Assembly: GCA_016933055.1 (NCBI GenBank) | Contig: JAFGBS010000004.1 | Coordinates: 90,001 to 122,000, forward strand | Source: Promethearchaeota archaeon | Lineage (GTDB): Archaea; Asgardarchaeota; Lokiarchaeia; Sigyniarchaeales; Promethearchaeaceae | Reading direction: 5' to 3' | Length of the DNA stretch: 32,000 nucleotides | Shown: one piece after another, positions 19,059 through 27,625 of the stretch | How positions within the stretch are numbered: position 1 is the stretch's first letter | Layout of the letters: each line of letters begins with the position of its first letter | Made by a program: the position numbers and the translations under genes | Notes under the pieces: generated by a model | What the model saw: the letters and a program-made list of their open reading frames with translations, nothing else | Database searches by the model: none | What the model was told of the DNA's origin: nothing

Positions 19059-19180
19059 TCGGATTCTCCCCGACTGGATAATATTATATATAATACAATA
19101 ATCCCGATTAAAGCTACTCCGAGTAATTGCAAAAGCAGCTTATATCCACTTAAATCCCAGCCCGGAACTTGTAAAAACAT
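19055..19180 (-). CDS. 41-aa single-pass membrane protein, not in ORF track (MFLQVPGWDLSGYKLLLQLLGVALIGIIVLYIILSSRGESD)
   Basis: Translated by hand; GTGAGGT SD 4 nt before ATG; one clean hydrophobic segment of about 20 aa; stop shares TTAA with ychF stop, as at the dim2/ftsZ junction. Confidence 0.7.
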   Translation of the reverse strand: MFLQVPGWDLSGYKLLLQLLGVALIGIIVLYIILSSRGESD

Positions 19181-19258
19181 TAAAACCTCACTTATGATTC
19201 GGTATTGTGACTTCTTAAAAAGTATTTTGGTTTATATACTTCATTTTAGAGAAATGGT

Positions 19259-20854
19259 ATGAAAACGTCTCATACTGAAGTCAAGGTAGTTTTAATCCAA
19301 CCTATAACTCTTTTCACCAAGTCTTTTAATTTTAAAAACACAGTAATTACTCACCTACTCAAGATTGCCACCTGCTTGAAAAATCGATTAAACAGATATC
19401 CTGTAAAAATTGAAGTTGTTAACTTAATAGATGAAGAAGTTTATCGACCAACCTCTATCAATGAATATCCTCGCCATATACGAAGTTTAAAAACGTTTTT
19501 TGATAGATATAATAATGAAGAGAACCTCATCTTTGGGATATCTTGTTTCTCATCAAATTTTTATATTTCTACCTTAGCGTTAGCGAAATTATTACGAAAA
19601 GATTATCCAAAATCTCTTATTTGTGTTGGAGGTTATCAAGTAAATTATTTCCCAGAGGAATTCGTTTTTCCGAAACAAATTGAAAGTGAATCCATTCCTT
19701 TGAAATTATTTGATTACATTTTTTTAGGAGAAGCAGATTATGTTTTTGCTGAGGTCATAAAGCGAAATATTGATAGAGGAGATATTACATCTCAGAGTAC
19801 AGAGGAATGCAAAATCGTCCAGTGCGGTTTAGTGGATAACATAGAACAATTACCGTTTATCGATTATTCCTTGTTAAAAATCCCTCACTCTCCGTTTCTA
19901 TTTGTACCTATTTATTTTTCTTTGGGATGTCCTTTTAATTGCAAATTTTGTGGCGATTTTCGAAACATCTATAAACCAAAGAAAAGATGGCGCTTTACTA
20001 GTCCAACAGACGGATTCTCTCGTTTGAAACATTTGATAAAATATTATTCTGATAAAGATATCCAGATACAAATTTTCGATCCGTTATGGACATATCCAGA
20101 ATGGAGATTAAAATTTTATAATCTTTTACTAAAGGAAAATATCGCTCAGGACTTTTGGGCAGAAATAAGAATCGATCAATTCTCTTTAAAGGAATTGGAT
20201 TATCTAAAAAATTTGAATTTTACTCTTGCATTCGGTTTAGAGTCTGGTGATCCTCAAATGTTACGCATAATGAATAAAACTTCACATCCAAAAAAGTACT
20301 TATCAAGGTTTGAAATTCTTACATCTGAGCTAAATTCTGCTGAAATATATGTGATTTGTAATATATTACTTGGTCATCCTGGAGAGACAGCCAATTCCCT
20401 CTGTAAAACTTCGGAATATATTGAGAGAATTAGTAAAAATCTTTCTAATTTCTTGCCGAGTGTTTCGAAATATATGCTAATCCCCGGGAGTGATATTTAT
20501 AACGAACAACAATATTATCAAGATACCTTTCAGACGAGGTTTTATTATCCTCATTATTGGACAATCCCAAAAAACTCTCAAATCTTATCTGGAATGGTGG
20601 ATCCATCTAAAAACCTTACTTACATGGATATTATTCGATTTATGTCTATATTCATTCCCGATTTGGAAAAAAAAAGCATTAATACCTTACAGCGATTAAA
20701 AAATCGGTATTTTATTTTCCAAAGATATCTTAATAAGATGATTTTTGGCTCACGAAATTATTGGAAAAAAGAAGCAGTAACTGAATATAATACATTCGGC
20801 GCTGAAATGAATCCATTAATTGAAACAAAACATTTTTGGAGAGATGTGTTTTAA
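19259..20854 (+). CDS. Cobalamin-binding radical SAM enzyme (class B methyltransferase-like)
   Basis: N-terminal B12-binding region (GISCFSS, VGGYQ, LGEAD), SLGCPFNCKFC CxxxCxxC, FGLESGD, LGHPGET; TTTATATA box at 19231-19238. Confidence 0.88.
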   Translation: MKTSHTEVKVVLIQPITLFTKSFNFKNTVITHLLKIATCLKNRLNRYPVKIEVVNLIDEEVYRPTSINEYPRHIRSLKTFFDRYNNEENLIFGISCFSSNFYISTLALAKLLRKDYPKSLICVGGYQVNYFPEEFVFPKQIESESIPLKLFDYIFLGEADYVFAEVIKRNIDRGDITSQSTEECKIVQCGLVDNIEQLPFIDYSLLKIPHSPFLFVPIYFSLGCPFNCKFCGDFRNIYKPKKRWRFTSPTDGFSRLKHLIKYYSDKDIQIQIFDPLWTYPEWRLKFYNLLLKENIAQDFWAEIRIDQFSLKELDYLKNLNFTLAFGLESGDPQMLRIMNKTSHPKKYLSRFEILTSELNSAEIYVICNILLGHPGETANSLCKTSEYIERISKNLSNFLPSVSKYMLIPGSDIYNEQQYYQDTFQTRFYYPHYWTIPKNSQILSGMVDPSKNLTYMDIIRFMSIFIPDLEKKSINTLQRLKNRYFIFQRYLNKMIFGSRNYWKKEAVTEYNTFGAEMNPLIETKHFWRDVF

Positions 20855-20864
20855 TTTTGAAGGG

Positions 20865-20879
20865 TTTTAAATATATAAA
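20865..20879 (+). promoter_or_regulatory. TATA-like box upstream of small peptide ORF
   Basis: TTTTAAATATATAAA 10 nt after the radical SAM stop. Confidence 0.5.
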
Positions 20880-20935
20880 TAGACATTCAAATTGCTGACA
20901 AACTCCTTCAGCATAAAAAAGCCAAAGTGATTCAA

Positions 20936-21046
20936 TTGGATAAAAAGAAACTATGTGCTACTATGTCTTTGCTTCTAGGGTTATCATATGGTTTATCTCT
21001 GGCTGCAACCGGAATTAGTATCCCAATGCCAGGGTTTGGTCCATAA
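20936..21046 (+). CDS. 36-aa peptide, not in ORF track (MDKKKLCATMSLLLGLSYGLSLAATGISIPMPGFGP); alternative starts GTG 20927 or ATG 20963
   Basis: Translated by hand; frame open from 20879 to TAA 21044-21046; GTGAT SD-like before TTG; upstream TATA and downstream hairpin plus T-tract. Confidence 0.55.
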   Translation: MDKKKLCATMSLLLGLSYGLSLAATGISIPMPGFGP

Positions 21047-21047
21047 A

Positions 21048-21088
21048 AAATGTAAATTGATAATTACATTTGTTCCCTTTTTTTTATT
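21048..21088 (+). terminator. Hairpin plus oligo-T terminator between small peptide gene and convergent tRNA-Ala
   Basis: AAATGTAA/TTACATTT 8-bp stem followed by CCCTTTTTTTTATTT. Confidence 0.6.
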
Positions 21089-21104
21089 TAAAATTAACAA
21101 AAAA

Positions 21105-21177
21105 TGGACGTAAGGGGACTTGAACCCCTGACTTCTTGAGTGCAAGTCAAGCTATCTTCCAACTGATATATACGCCC
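21105..21177 (-). tRNA. tRNA-Ala(TGC)
   Basis: Acceptor GGGCGTA/TACGTCC+A with G3:U70 Ala identity pair; CTTGA-CTTGCAC-TCAAG anticodon arm. Confidence 0.97.
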
Positions 21178-21278
21178 TTGCTTGTTTCTTTTCAATCTTT
21201 GGTTGATTTTAATTTTTTTGGATTTCCTTTTGATGATAAATAACAGAAAACAACAAATAATCGAATATATTAACATTA

Positions 21279-21938
21279 ATGAGTAAATTGAACTTTCAGC
21301 ATAGAACCTTTGTCTCACTCTTGTCTAGTGGATTGGATAGCCCTATTGCAACATATTTGATGCTCAAAAAGGGATTTGATGGGATTTTATTATCTTTTAA
21401 GGTTTCTAACCAAAATGACACCCGTTTTAATGCTAAGATACGAAAAATTGCACATCATCTTAAACAGATAACTAATAAAAAACTAGTACTTTATATTATA
21501 AACCATAAAGAAACCTTAGAGAAATTTGTGGAGCAAGGAAAACGGAAATTAACTTGTCTTTTCTGCAAATCTTTTATGTTATACTCAGCGTCCGTATTAG
21601 CACAAAATTTAAACGCAGAATTTATTGTTACTGGGGATATTTTGGGAGAACAAGCAAGCCAAACACTTACAAACATTTCCGCTGTTCAGAATATAGTAAA
21701 CGATATACCAGTAATTCGTCCCCTTGTAGGGTTTGAAAAAAAAGATGTATTGAAATTATCTCACACGTTGGGATTTTATGAATTATCTACTTTACCCGAT
21801 ATTCAATGCACTTTTAATCCCTTGTATCCGGAAACCCAGGCAGATATAGAAGAGATCCGAAATTCCATTCAAAATATGAATTTCTCATCTAATTCTCAAA
21901 TTAAATTAAAAAATGCTCAAATGATAATTGTTGAGTAA
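21279..21938 (+). CDS. ThiI-like tRNA sulfurtransferase, PP-loop catalytic domain only (no THUMP)
   Basis: LLSSGLDSPIA, TCLFCK, IVTGDILGEQASQTL, IRPLVG, distal Cys (DIQC); only 219 aa. Confidence 0.8.
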   Translation: MSKLNFQHRTFVSLLSSGLDSPIATYLMLKKGFDGILLSFKVSNQNDTRFNAKIRKIAHHLKQITNKKLVLYIINHKETLEKFVEQGKRKLTCLFCKSFMLYSASVLAQNLNAEFIVTGDILGEQASQTLTNISAVQNIVNDIPVIRPLVGFEKKDVLKLSHTLGFYELSTLPDIQCTFNPLYPETQADIEEIRNSIQNMNFSSNSQIKLKNAQMIIVE

Positions 21939-22341
21939 CTTTTTCCTTAAAATTTTCATCTCTTTCTACTATTTCAATGGATTGAGGATTCTTCTTTGTC
22001 AATTCCGCCACAATTCCTTGTGCTATAAGATGTTTACAGTAATATTTCCTATTTTTTAAAATCCCCTGAAGATAAAAATCCATACAACTGCAATATTTTT
22101 TGGGATACAATAAGTAATCTCTATCTGTTCCTAACTTCATCCACACAATCCGACTTGAGGGTATGAACGTAACTTTTACAATCTCCCCCATTATTTCCTT
22201 TACCTTGGAAATCTGTTCTATAGAAAAGAGTTTTGAAAGACGGTCAATGCTTTCGATAGTTAAAATCCCTTTTTGGGCAATATTTTTTAAAATATCCTCG
22301 AATTCTTTATCGATTTCGTCATTAATGGTTTTCGTTGGCAC
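21901..22341 (-). CDS. SWIM zinc-finger protein
   Basis: YCSCMDFY...YCKHL (CxC..CxH). Confidence 0.8.
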   Translation of the reverse strand: MPTKTINDEIDKEFEDILKNIAQKGILTIESIDRLSKLFSIEQISKVKEIMGEIVKVTFIPSSRIVWMKLGTDRDYLLYPKKYCSCMDFYLQGILKNRKYYCKHLIAQGIVAELTKKNPQSIEIVERDENFKEKVTQQLSFEHFLI

Positions 22342-22383
22342 CTTACAAAAATAATAAAATTAATGTCTTATATGTATTAACAA

Positions 22384-22458
22384 TGCTTCCGCCGGGATTT
22401 GAACCCGGGTGACGAGGGTGAAAGCCTCGCATGCTTGACCGAACTACATTACGGAAGC
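22384..22458 (-). tRNA. tRNA-Glu(TTC)
   Basis: Acceptor GCTTCCG/CGGAAGC+A; CGAGG-CTTTCAC-CCTCG; GGTTCAAATCC. Confidence 0.97.
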
Positions 22459-22514
22459 GAGAATATAGGGACTAATTTGGAATCAGATTTAAATTTTTCC
22501 CAAATCACCAATCT

Positions 22515-23813
22515 ATGAGGATACAATTGCACAAACCTTTTGATGTCGGATATTTTACTCCTAGATTTTTTCCCGCTATTGCTGGGGGTGAATTTTATAT
22601 ATTAAATCTTGCAAGGCAGATGCTAGAACATAAAGATAACCCTTTAATTTATTGCTCAACAAGTATTGATTTTAAAGGAATTCGTACCCCAAAAGGTTTA
22701 CATATCTCTTCTGAACATCCTAATTACTATTCTTATATGAAAATTCCTCTTAAACGTCTAAATCCAGAATATTCAACACGTAGTTCCACGCTAAAACACA
22801 TATTTAATCATTTAGAAATTCCATATAATCCGATTTTTGCAAACTTATTGAAAATTGGACCCAATCATTCTCAATTCTTTTCTGAAATCATGAATTTAAA
22901 CAAAAAGGAGCTCAAGAAACATCACATCATCCATTCTACCTATCTTCCCTATGCGACGATCTTATTTGCTTATATTTATTCTCGTATCCTTGGAGTCCCC
23001 TCCATATGCACACCATTCTTCCACATTTACAATCCTAGATATCAAGAACAGACTTATATTTCCCTTCTTAGGCTCTTTGAAAAAATCATTGCTTGTACCC
23101 ATACTGAGAAAAAATTTTTAGTGGATAATGGCCTTACTCCTCAGAGGATCGAAGTAATACCAATGGGTGTTGATCCCGAGCTATATAAAACACGAATTCT
23201 TACCCATTCGGGCAAAGTAAAGAGTTTCTCTAAATTTTACAACCTTTCTCATCCATTTGTTTTATTTTGTGGGCATAAAAATTATGAAAAAGGGGCAATA
23301 AGCGTCCTACAAGCTGCACTCATTGCTAAGAAAGATATTGGGGATTTGATTTATGTATTTATAGGTCCTAGTACTCCAGCATTTGATATTGAATTAAAAA
23401 AAGCTAGACGCCAAGGTCTTAAAGTATTAAATCTCACCCCTGATAATCTTTCTGGTTATTATGATTGGAGAAAGATTTCTGCATTTCAAGAATGCGAATT
23501 TTATATTATGCCAAGTCGCTCGGATGCTTATGGAATAGCTTATTTAGAAGCATGGGCTTCCAAAAAATCAGTCATAGGTGCTGACAACCCCGTCATGCGT
23601 GAAGTCATTAGACATGAGAAAGATGGTATTTTGGTAGAATTTGATAACATTTCTCAAATAGCTGAAAATATTGTTTTTTTATGTAATAATCCTGACATAA
23701 CCGAGGAAATGGGCTTTTTAGGATATTCAAAAATTAATCGGAGTAATAACTGGGATTATATTTATCGATGTACCATGGATGTATATAAGCAACTTGTCAA
23801 ATTTGATGCATAA
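22515..23813 (+). CDS. Glycosyltransferase family 4 (GT-B)
   Basis: FFPAIAGGE, VIPMGVD, GHKNYEKG, PSRSDAYGIAYLEAWA. Confidence 0.9.
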   Translation: MRIQLHKPFDVGYFTPRFFPAIAGGEFYILNLARQMLEHKDNPLIYCSTSIDFKGIRTPKGLHISSEHPNYYSYMKIPLKRLNPEYSTRSSTLKHIFNHLEIPYNPIFANLLKIGPNHSQFFSEIMNLNKKELKKHHIIHSTYLPYATILFAYIYSRILGVPSICTPFFHIYNPRYQEQTYISLLRLFEKIIACTHTEKKFLVDNGLTPQRIEVIPMGVDPELYKTRILTHSGKVKSFSKFYNLSHPFVLFCGHKNYEKGAISVLQAALIAKKDIGDLIYVFIGPSTPAFDIELKKARRQGLKVLNLTPDNLSGYYDWRKISAFQECEFYIMPSRSDAYGIAYLEAWASKKSVIGADNPVMREVIRHEKDGILVEFDNISQIAENIVFLCNNPDITEEMGFLGYSKINRSNNWDYIYRCTMDVYKQLVKFDA

Positions 23814-23821
23814 TGAAAATG

Positions 23822-23894
23822 CGGGCCGGGCACGACTCGAACGTGCGACCACCCGGTTAACAGCCGAGCACTCTACCAACTAAGCTACCGACCC
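23822..23894 (-). tRNA. tRNA-Asn(GTT)
   Basis: Acceptor GGGTCGG/CCGGCCC+G; CTCGG-CTGTTAA-CCGGG; GTTCGAGT. Confidence 0.97.
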
Positions 23895-23979
23895 AAGGAT
23901 CTATTGAGTTTATTATTGCTCAATTTAAAATTTTTTCGATATAAAGAAATTATATTCAGGTAATGAAATAATTTAAAAA

Positions 23980-24058
23980 TGGTAGCGGGGGTTAGATTTG
24001 AACTAACGATCTCAGGGTTATGAGCCCTGCAGCCTAAACCAAGCTAGCCCACCCCGCT
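23980..24058 (-). tRNA. Initiator tRNA-Met(CAT), CCA encoded
   Basis: A1:U72 pair, G11:C24, three G:C pairs in anticodon stem CAGGG-CTCATAA-CCCTG, ends ACCA. Confidence 0.97.
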
Positions 24059-24258
24059 TAGCTAGTAATTACAGAAATAAAAACCCCTAATTAATCGAAA
24101 AGGATCCTTCTGAAATATCGCTACAAAAAATGTGAATTGCACAATAATTAAAAATTTTTGTAATTTCTACTCGGAATCGAAAAGGAACACATCAAAATCT
24201 TAATATGGAAATTTTACCGTGTATACTCAATTCCACGAGTTTTTGGTATGTGTATCCT

Positions 24259-26355
24259 ATGGCTTTATTTGACACTCTAATTAACATTTTAACTAACCCC
24301 TTCTTTATTGGTTCTGCTATCTTTTGGTTGGTTTGTTATATTCTAATTAAGCTTTTAGGAAAAAAACGAAAATACGTGAATTTTTTCTTTCCTTTTCTTG
24401 TAATGTTTAAAACTAAGTGGCTTAATCATATACTGAAAAAAATTGCCAGAGCATGTCCTAAATTATGGAGATGGATTTGGAATATTGGCATTTTTGTTTC
24501 TTTCGGTTTTACCATTTTTGGTCTATATTTCTTTACCTCTAATCTTATTGATTTGATCCTCGATCCTAGTATTGAAAATGCTATAGCTCCCTTGATTCCC
24601 GGAGTAACCATAGATTTGCCTATGTTTACCTATTTAATTTTACCAATTTTATTTGTAATAACTATTCACGAATTTTCTCATGCAATGGCAGCAGAAGCGG
24701 ATAACATCAGTATAAAATCTACGGGTATATTTGGAGCTGGAGTATTTTTTATTGTGGGATTTGGGGCTTTCGTAGAGATCGATGAATATGCTACTCGCTC
24801 CAAAAAAGTATCCCCATGGACTCGTTTAAGGATTGCGGGGGCGGGAACTTTTTCTAACGCGATACAAACAGGGATCGCCTTGATCTTAATGCTAAGTTTT
24901 GTACCAATTATTAGTATTGGATACGGTCCAGAAGTAATCCAAATTGATACGGTATTACCTGCTAGTGAAGGAGGTTATAATTATGGAAACTTATTCGAGG
25001 GAGATGTTATCTTAAGCATTAATGATACCCAATTAGATCTTCAAAATAATATAGATTTGAATACTATTTTAAACAATAATACCGATCTTCAATGTTCTAT
25101 TGGTGATCAACTGGATGTTCGTATAATGGATCGACGAGGAGATATCTCATACAGAAATGTTACTCTGGGTCATCATTTCTTCATAGGTTTCCAATATCAG
25201 TTCGTAACGAATTCAGAAATCGAAATTACAGAAGTATATACTAAATTCCAAGGTGGTAATAATTTTAATTTATTGAATGCTTCAATGCGATTTAATTCCA
25301 TTAACGGAACTCCATTCAATAAAGCATTGGGTTTATCACCAGAACAATACTTACACAATTTACAATCCCCTGGACAAGTAAATTTAACTGAAATCTCAGG
25401 TGTAAATATATCCATAAATGTGGATTATATCCCCTTAGTATTCGGTGCGTTTGAATTCCGTTCGTTTTTTACAGGTTTATTTTTTGAAGAACGAGAAGAT
25501 TCAGTAATTGTCACCCGAGTTCTAAAAAATTCTACAGAATCGGGAATAAATGAAGGACTTATCGAGAAAGGAGACATCATTACCAGTGTAGAAGGTACAG
25601 ATATCAACCTAACTGGAAAGACGTTTGAAGAGTTTTTACTCAATGACGTGGGTTTAGTGGTCTTAAATCCGACCCGTGTTGCTTTTGGGATTCAACGCGG
25701 AACAAGTTTTTTATACAAACAAATTTTGTTCATCCCAATACCAAAATCATATGTATTTATCGGCATTCAATCATCCCCATATTGGATACCTAAAAATAGT
25801 TTTACTCGCTTCTTAGGAGGAAATTTCCCCATATGGTTAGAAAGAGAAATTTTTTATTTTTATATGGTTGCATTCAGTGTTACGCTGTTTAATATGCTTC
25901 CCCTTCCAATATTTGATGGAAATCGAATTTTAAGAGAAATAGTTCACTGGATTATCGGTACCAAATTAGGTAAACCTAAACAAAAGAAGATCAAAATCTT
26001 TTTTGATCCCGAAGAATCCGATTATCAATTAATGGAATATAATATCACTAAGATCATTGATGTTGAAATGGACTTAACTAGTAATCCATTTCCTGATCTT
26101 GTAGATTCAATAAAATATATACCCATAGATAGCATCCAAGATGGATATATTGATACCATCAAAATTGATCTAAAAGCTGGAAGATTACCTGATGTCGGAA
26201 CTCCATTAATCGTCGCTATAGAGATTATTGAGGACGAAAAGGCAAAACTGAAAAATGGAATTATTTTGGGCGTGGGCTTGGTAACGACTTGTTTAATTCT
26301 AGCCAACTTCATTTTATCATATATTTTACTAGGGAATATCACATTTTGGATTTAA
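24259..26355 (+). CDS. Site-2 protease (M50) intramembrane metalloprotease with about 3 PDZ-like domains (likely start ATG 24259; track start 24205)
   Basis: HEFSH zinc motif, GAFVE, RIAGAG, NMLPLPIFDG; three GD(V/I)I.S(I/V)(N/E)-type repeats, the second divergent. Confidence 0.9.
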   Translation: MALFDTLINILTNPFFIGSAIFWLVCYILIKLLGKKRKYVNFFFPFLVMFKTKWLNHILKKIARACPKLWRWIWNIGIFVSFGFTIFGLYFFTSNLIDLILDPSIENAIAPLIPGVTIDLPMFTYLILPILFVITIHEFSHAMAAEADNISIKSTGIFGAGVFFIVGFGAFVEIDEYATRSKKVSPWTRLRIAGAGTFSNAIQTGIALILMLSFVPIISIGYGPEVIQIDTVLPASEGGYNYGNLFEGDVILSINDTQLDLQNNIDLNTILNNNTDLQCSIGDQLDVRIMDRRGDISYRNVTLGHHFFIGFQYQFVTNSEIEITEVYTKFQGGNNFNLLNASMRFNSINGTPFNKALGLSPEQYLHNLQSPGQVNLTEISGVNISINVDYIPLVFGAFEFRSFFTGLFFEEREDSVIVTRVLKNSTESGINEGLIEKGDIITSVEGTDINLTGKTFEEFLLNDVGLVVLNPTRVAFGIQRGTSFLYKQILFIPIPKSYVFIGIQSSPYWIPKNSFTRFLGGNFPIWLEREIFYFYMVAFSVTLFNMLPLPIFDGNRILREIVHWIIGTKLGKPKQKKIKIFFDPEESDYQLMEYNITKIIDVEMDLTSNPFPDLVDSIKYIPIDSIQDGYIDTIKIDLKAGRLPDVGTPLIVAIEIIEDEKAKLKNGIILGVGLVTTCLILANFILSYILLGNITFWI

Positions 26356-26364
26356 GAGTTAGCT

Positions 26365-27327
26365 ATGCAATCTTCCAAGAAATGCTCCAAATGCGGAAAA
26401 AATTCGGTTTATTTTCAAAAATCCTCAGGTATTTCCCTATGTAATGCATGTTTCATTGCTTATTTTGAACGAAAATTTCAAAAAACTGTATCAAAATATA
26501 TTCCATTGCACCCAACGGATGTAGTTTGTGTTGCACTATCTGGTGGGAAAGATTCTATAGCTCTTCTTTATAATCTTTATTTACGGTGTCAAAAAACGAA
26601 CGGTTCTAAAATATTTGCAATCACTGTGGATGAGGGAATTTCAACTAATTTCAAGCGAAATCAACAAGCAATTGTGGATTTTTTTAACGAAACATCTATT
26701 GATATCGAATTAATCCAAGTTTCCTATAAAAATTTTTTTGGCCGAACCATGGACGAAATCGTCAAAGAAATGTATTTAAAACAAATGAATATAAATGCGT
26801 GCACCGTATGTGCGAGCATCCGAAGACGAATTCTAAATGAAGTTGCGAAATCAAATAGAGCTACAAAGATAGCAATTGGACATAACTTAGATGATTTAGC
26901 TCAAACGTTCTTGATGAATATTTTACGTAATGACCTATTAAAAATTGAGAATATACCACCACACGGTTCTACAGAAATCTCTGCAACTTATATACCCCGT
27001 ATAAAACCGTTATTTCTTCATACCGAAAATGAAATTCAAAAATATTGTATTGCAAAAAATTTACCATTCTACTCCCATACTTGTGAATATGCTATAGAAT
27101 TTCCCATTTTACGTCGAAAGGTAAAATTCTTCCTTGATACCCTCGATGAGAGAAGTTATGAGTTTAAATACAATCTAATAAAACTTCATTTACAACTCAA
27201 TGAAAAACCCATAAAATCAAAATCCATAGTTAAATCCAATCTATGCAGTAAATGTTTGTACCCTACAGGGCTCAATAGAACAGTATGCACCTATTGTGAA
27301 TTAAAATCATCTTTTGGACTAGACTAA
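26365..27327 (+). CDS. TtuA/Ncs6 (TIGR00269-like) tRNA 2-thiolation enzyme
   Basis: N- and C-terminal CxxC..CxxC zinc fingers, SGGKDS, ACTVCASIRR, GHNLDD, RIKPL, CEYA. Confidence 0.92.
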   Translation: MQSSKKCSKCGKNSVYFQKSSGISLCNACFIAYFERKFQKTVSKYIPLHPTDVVCVALSGGKDSIALLYNLYLRCQKTNGSKIFAITVDEGISTNFKRNQQAIVDFFNETSIDIELIQVSYKNFFGRTMDEIVKEMYLKQMNINACTVCASIRRRILNEVAKSNRATKIAIGHNLDDLAQTFLMNILRNDLLKIENIPPHGSTEISATYIPRIKPLFLHTENEIQKYCIAKNLPFYSHTCEYAIEFPILRRKVKFFLDTLDERSYEFKYNLIKLHLQLNEKPIKSKSIVKSNLCSKCLYPTGLNRTVCTYCELKSSFGLD

Positions 27328-27625
27328 ATATAAAAAAATCGATCTTAAAACATAGAATTCAACACATTAGGCAATCTTATTTAGATTTGTCCACGGATTT
27401 TACAATCCTGGAAAATACATACCATAATGCTTAGTTATGGGATACCTCCATAAGCATGATACGAATCAAGATCGTTAAAAAAAAACTAATTTCTTCTATT
27501 CACATTTAGAAGTCTATAGGGGGATTTAAGGAACGTATACAACAAATAGAGAGATCTGGTCAAAATCAACGATCTGCAGATTTCTTAATGTCAATTATAT
27601 AAAAAAAAAGAGTAATCGAGAATTC

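Noticed and set aside
21025-21046. PGF motif in the 36-aa peptide as a PGF-CTERM archaeosortase signal
   Set aside because: In PGF-CTERM the PGF precedes a TM helix and basic tail; here the order is reversed and PGF is near the C-terminus
21094-21318. 74-aa ORF on minus strand
   Set aside because: It runs through tRNA-Ala on the same strand and overlaps the thiI-like start
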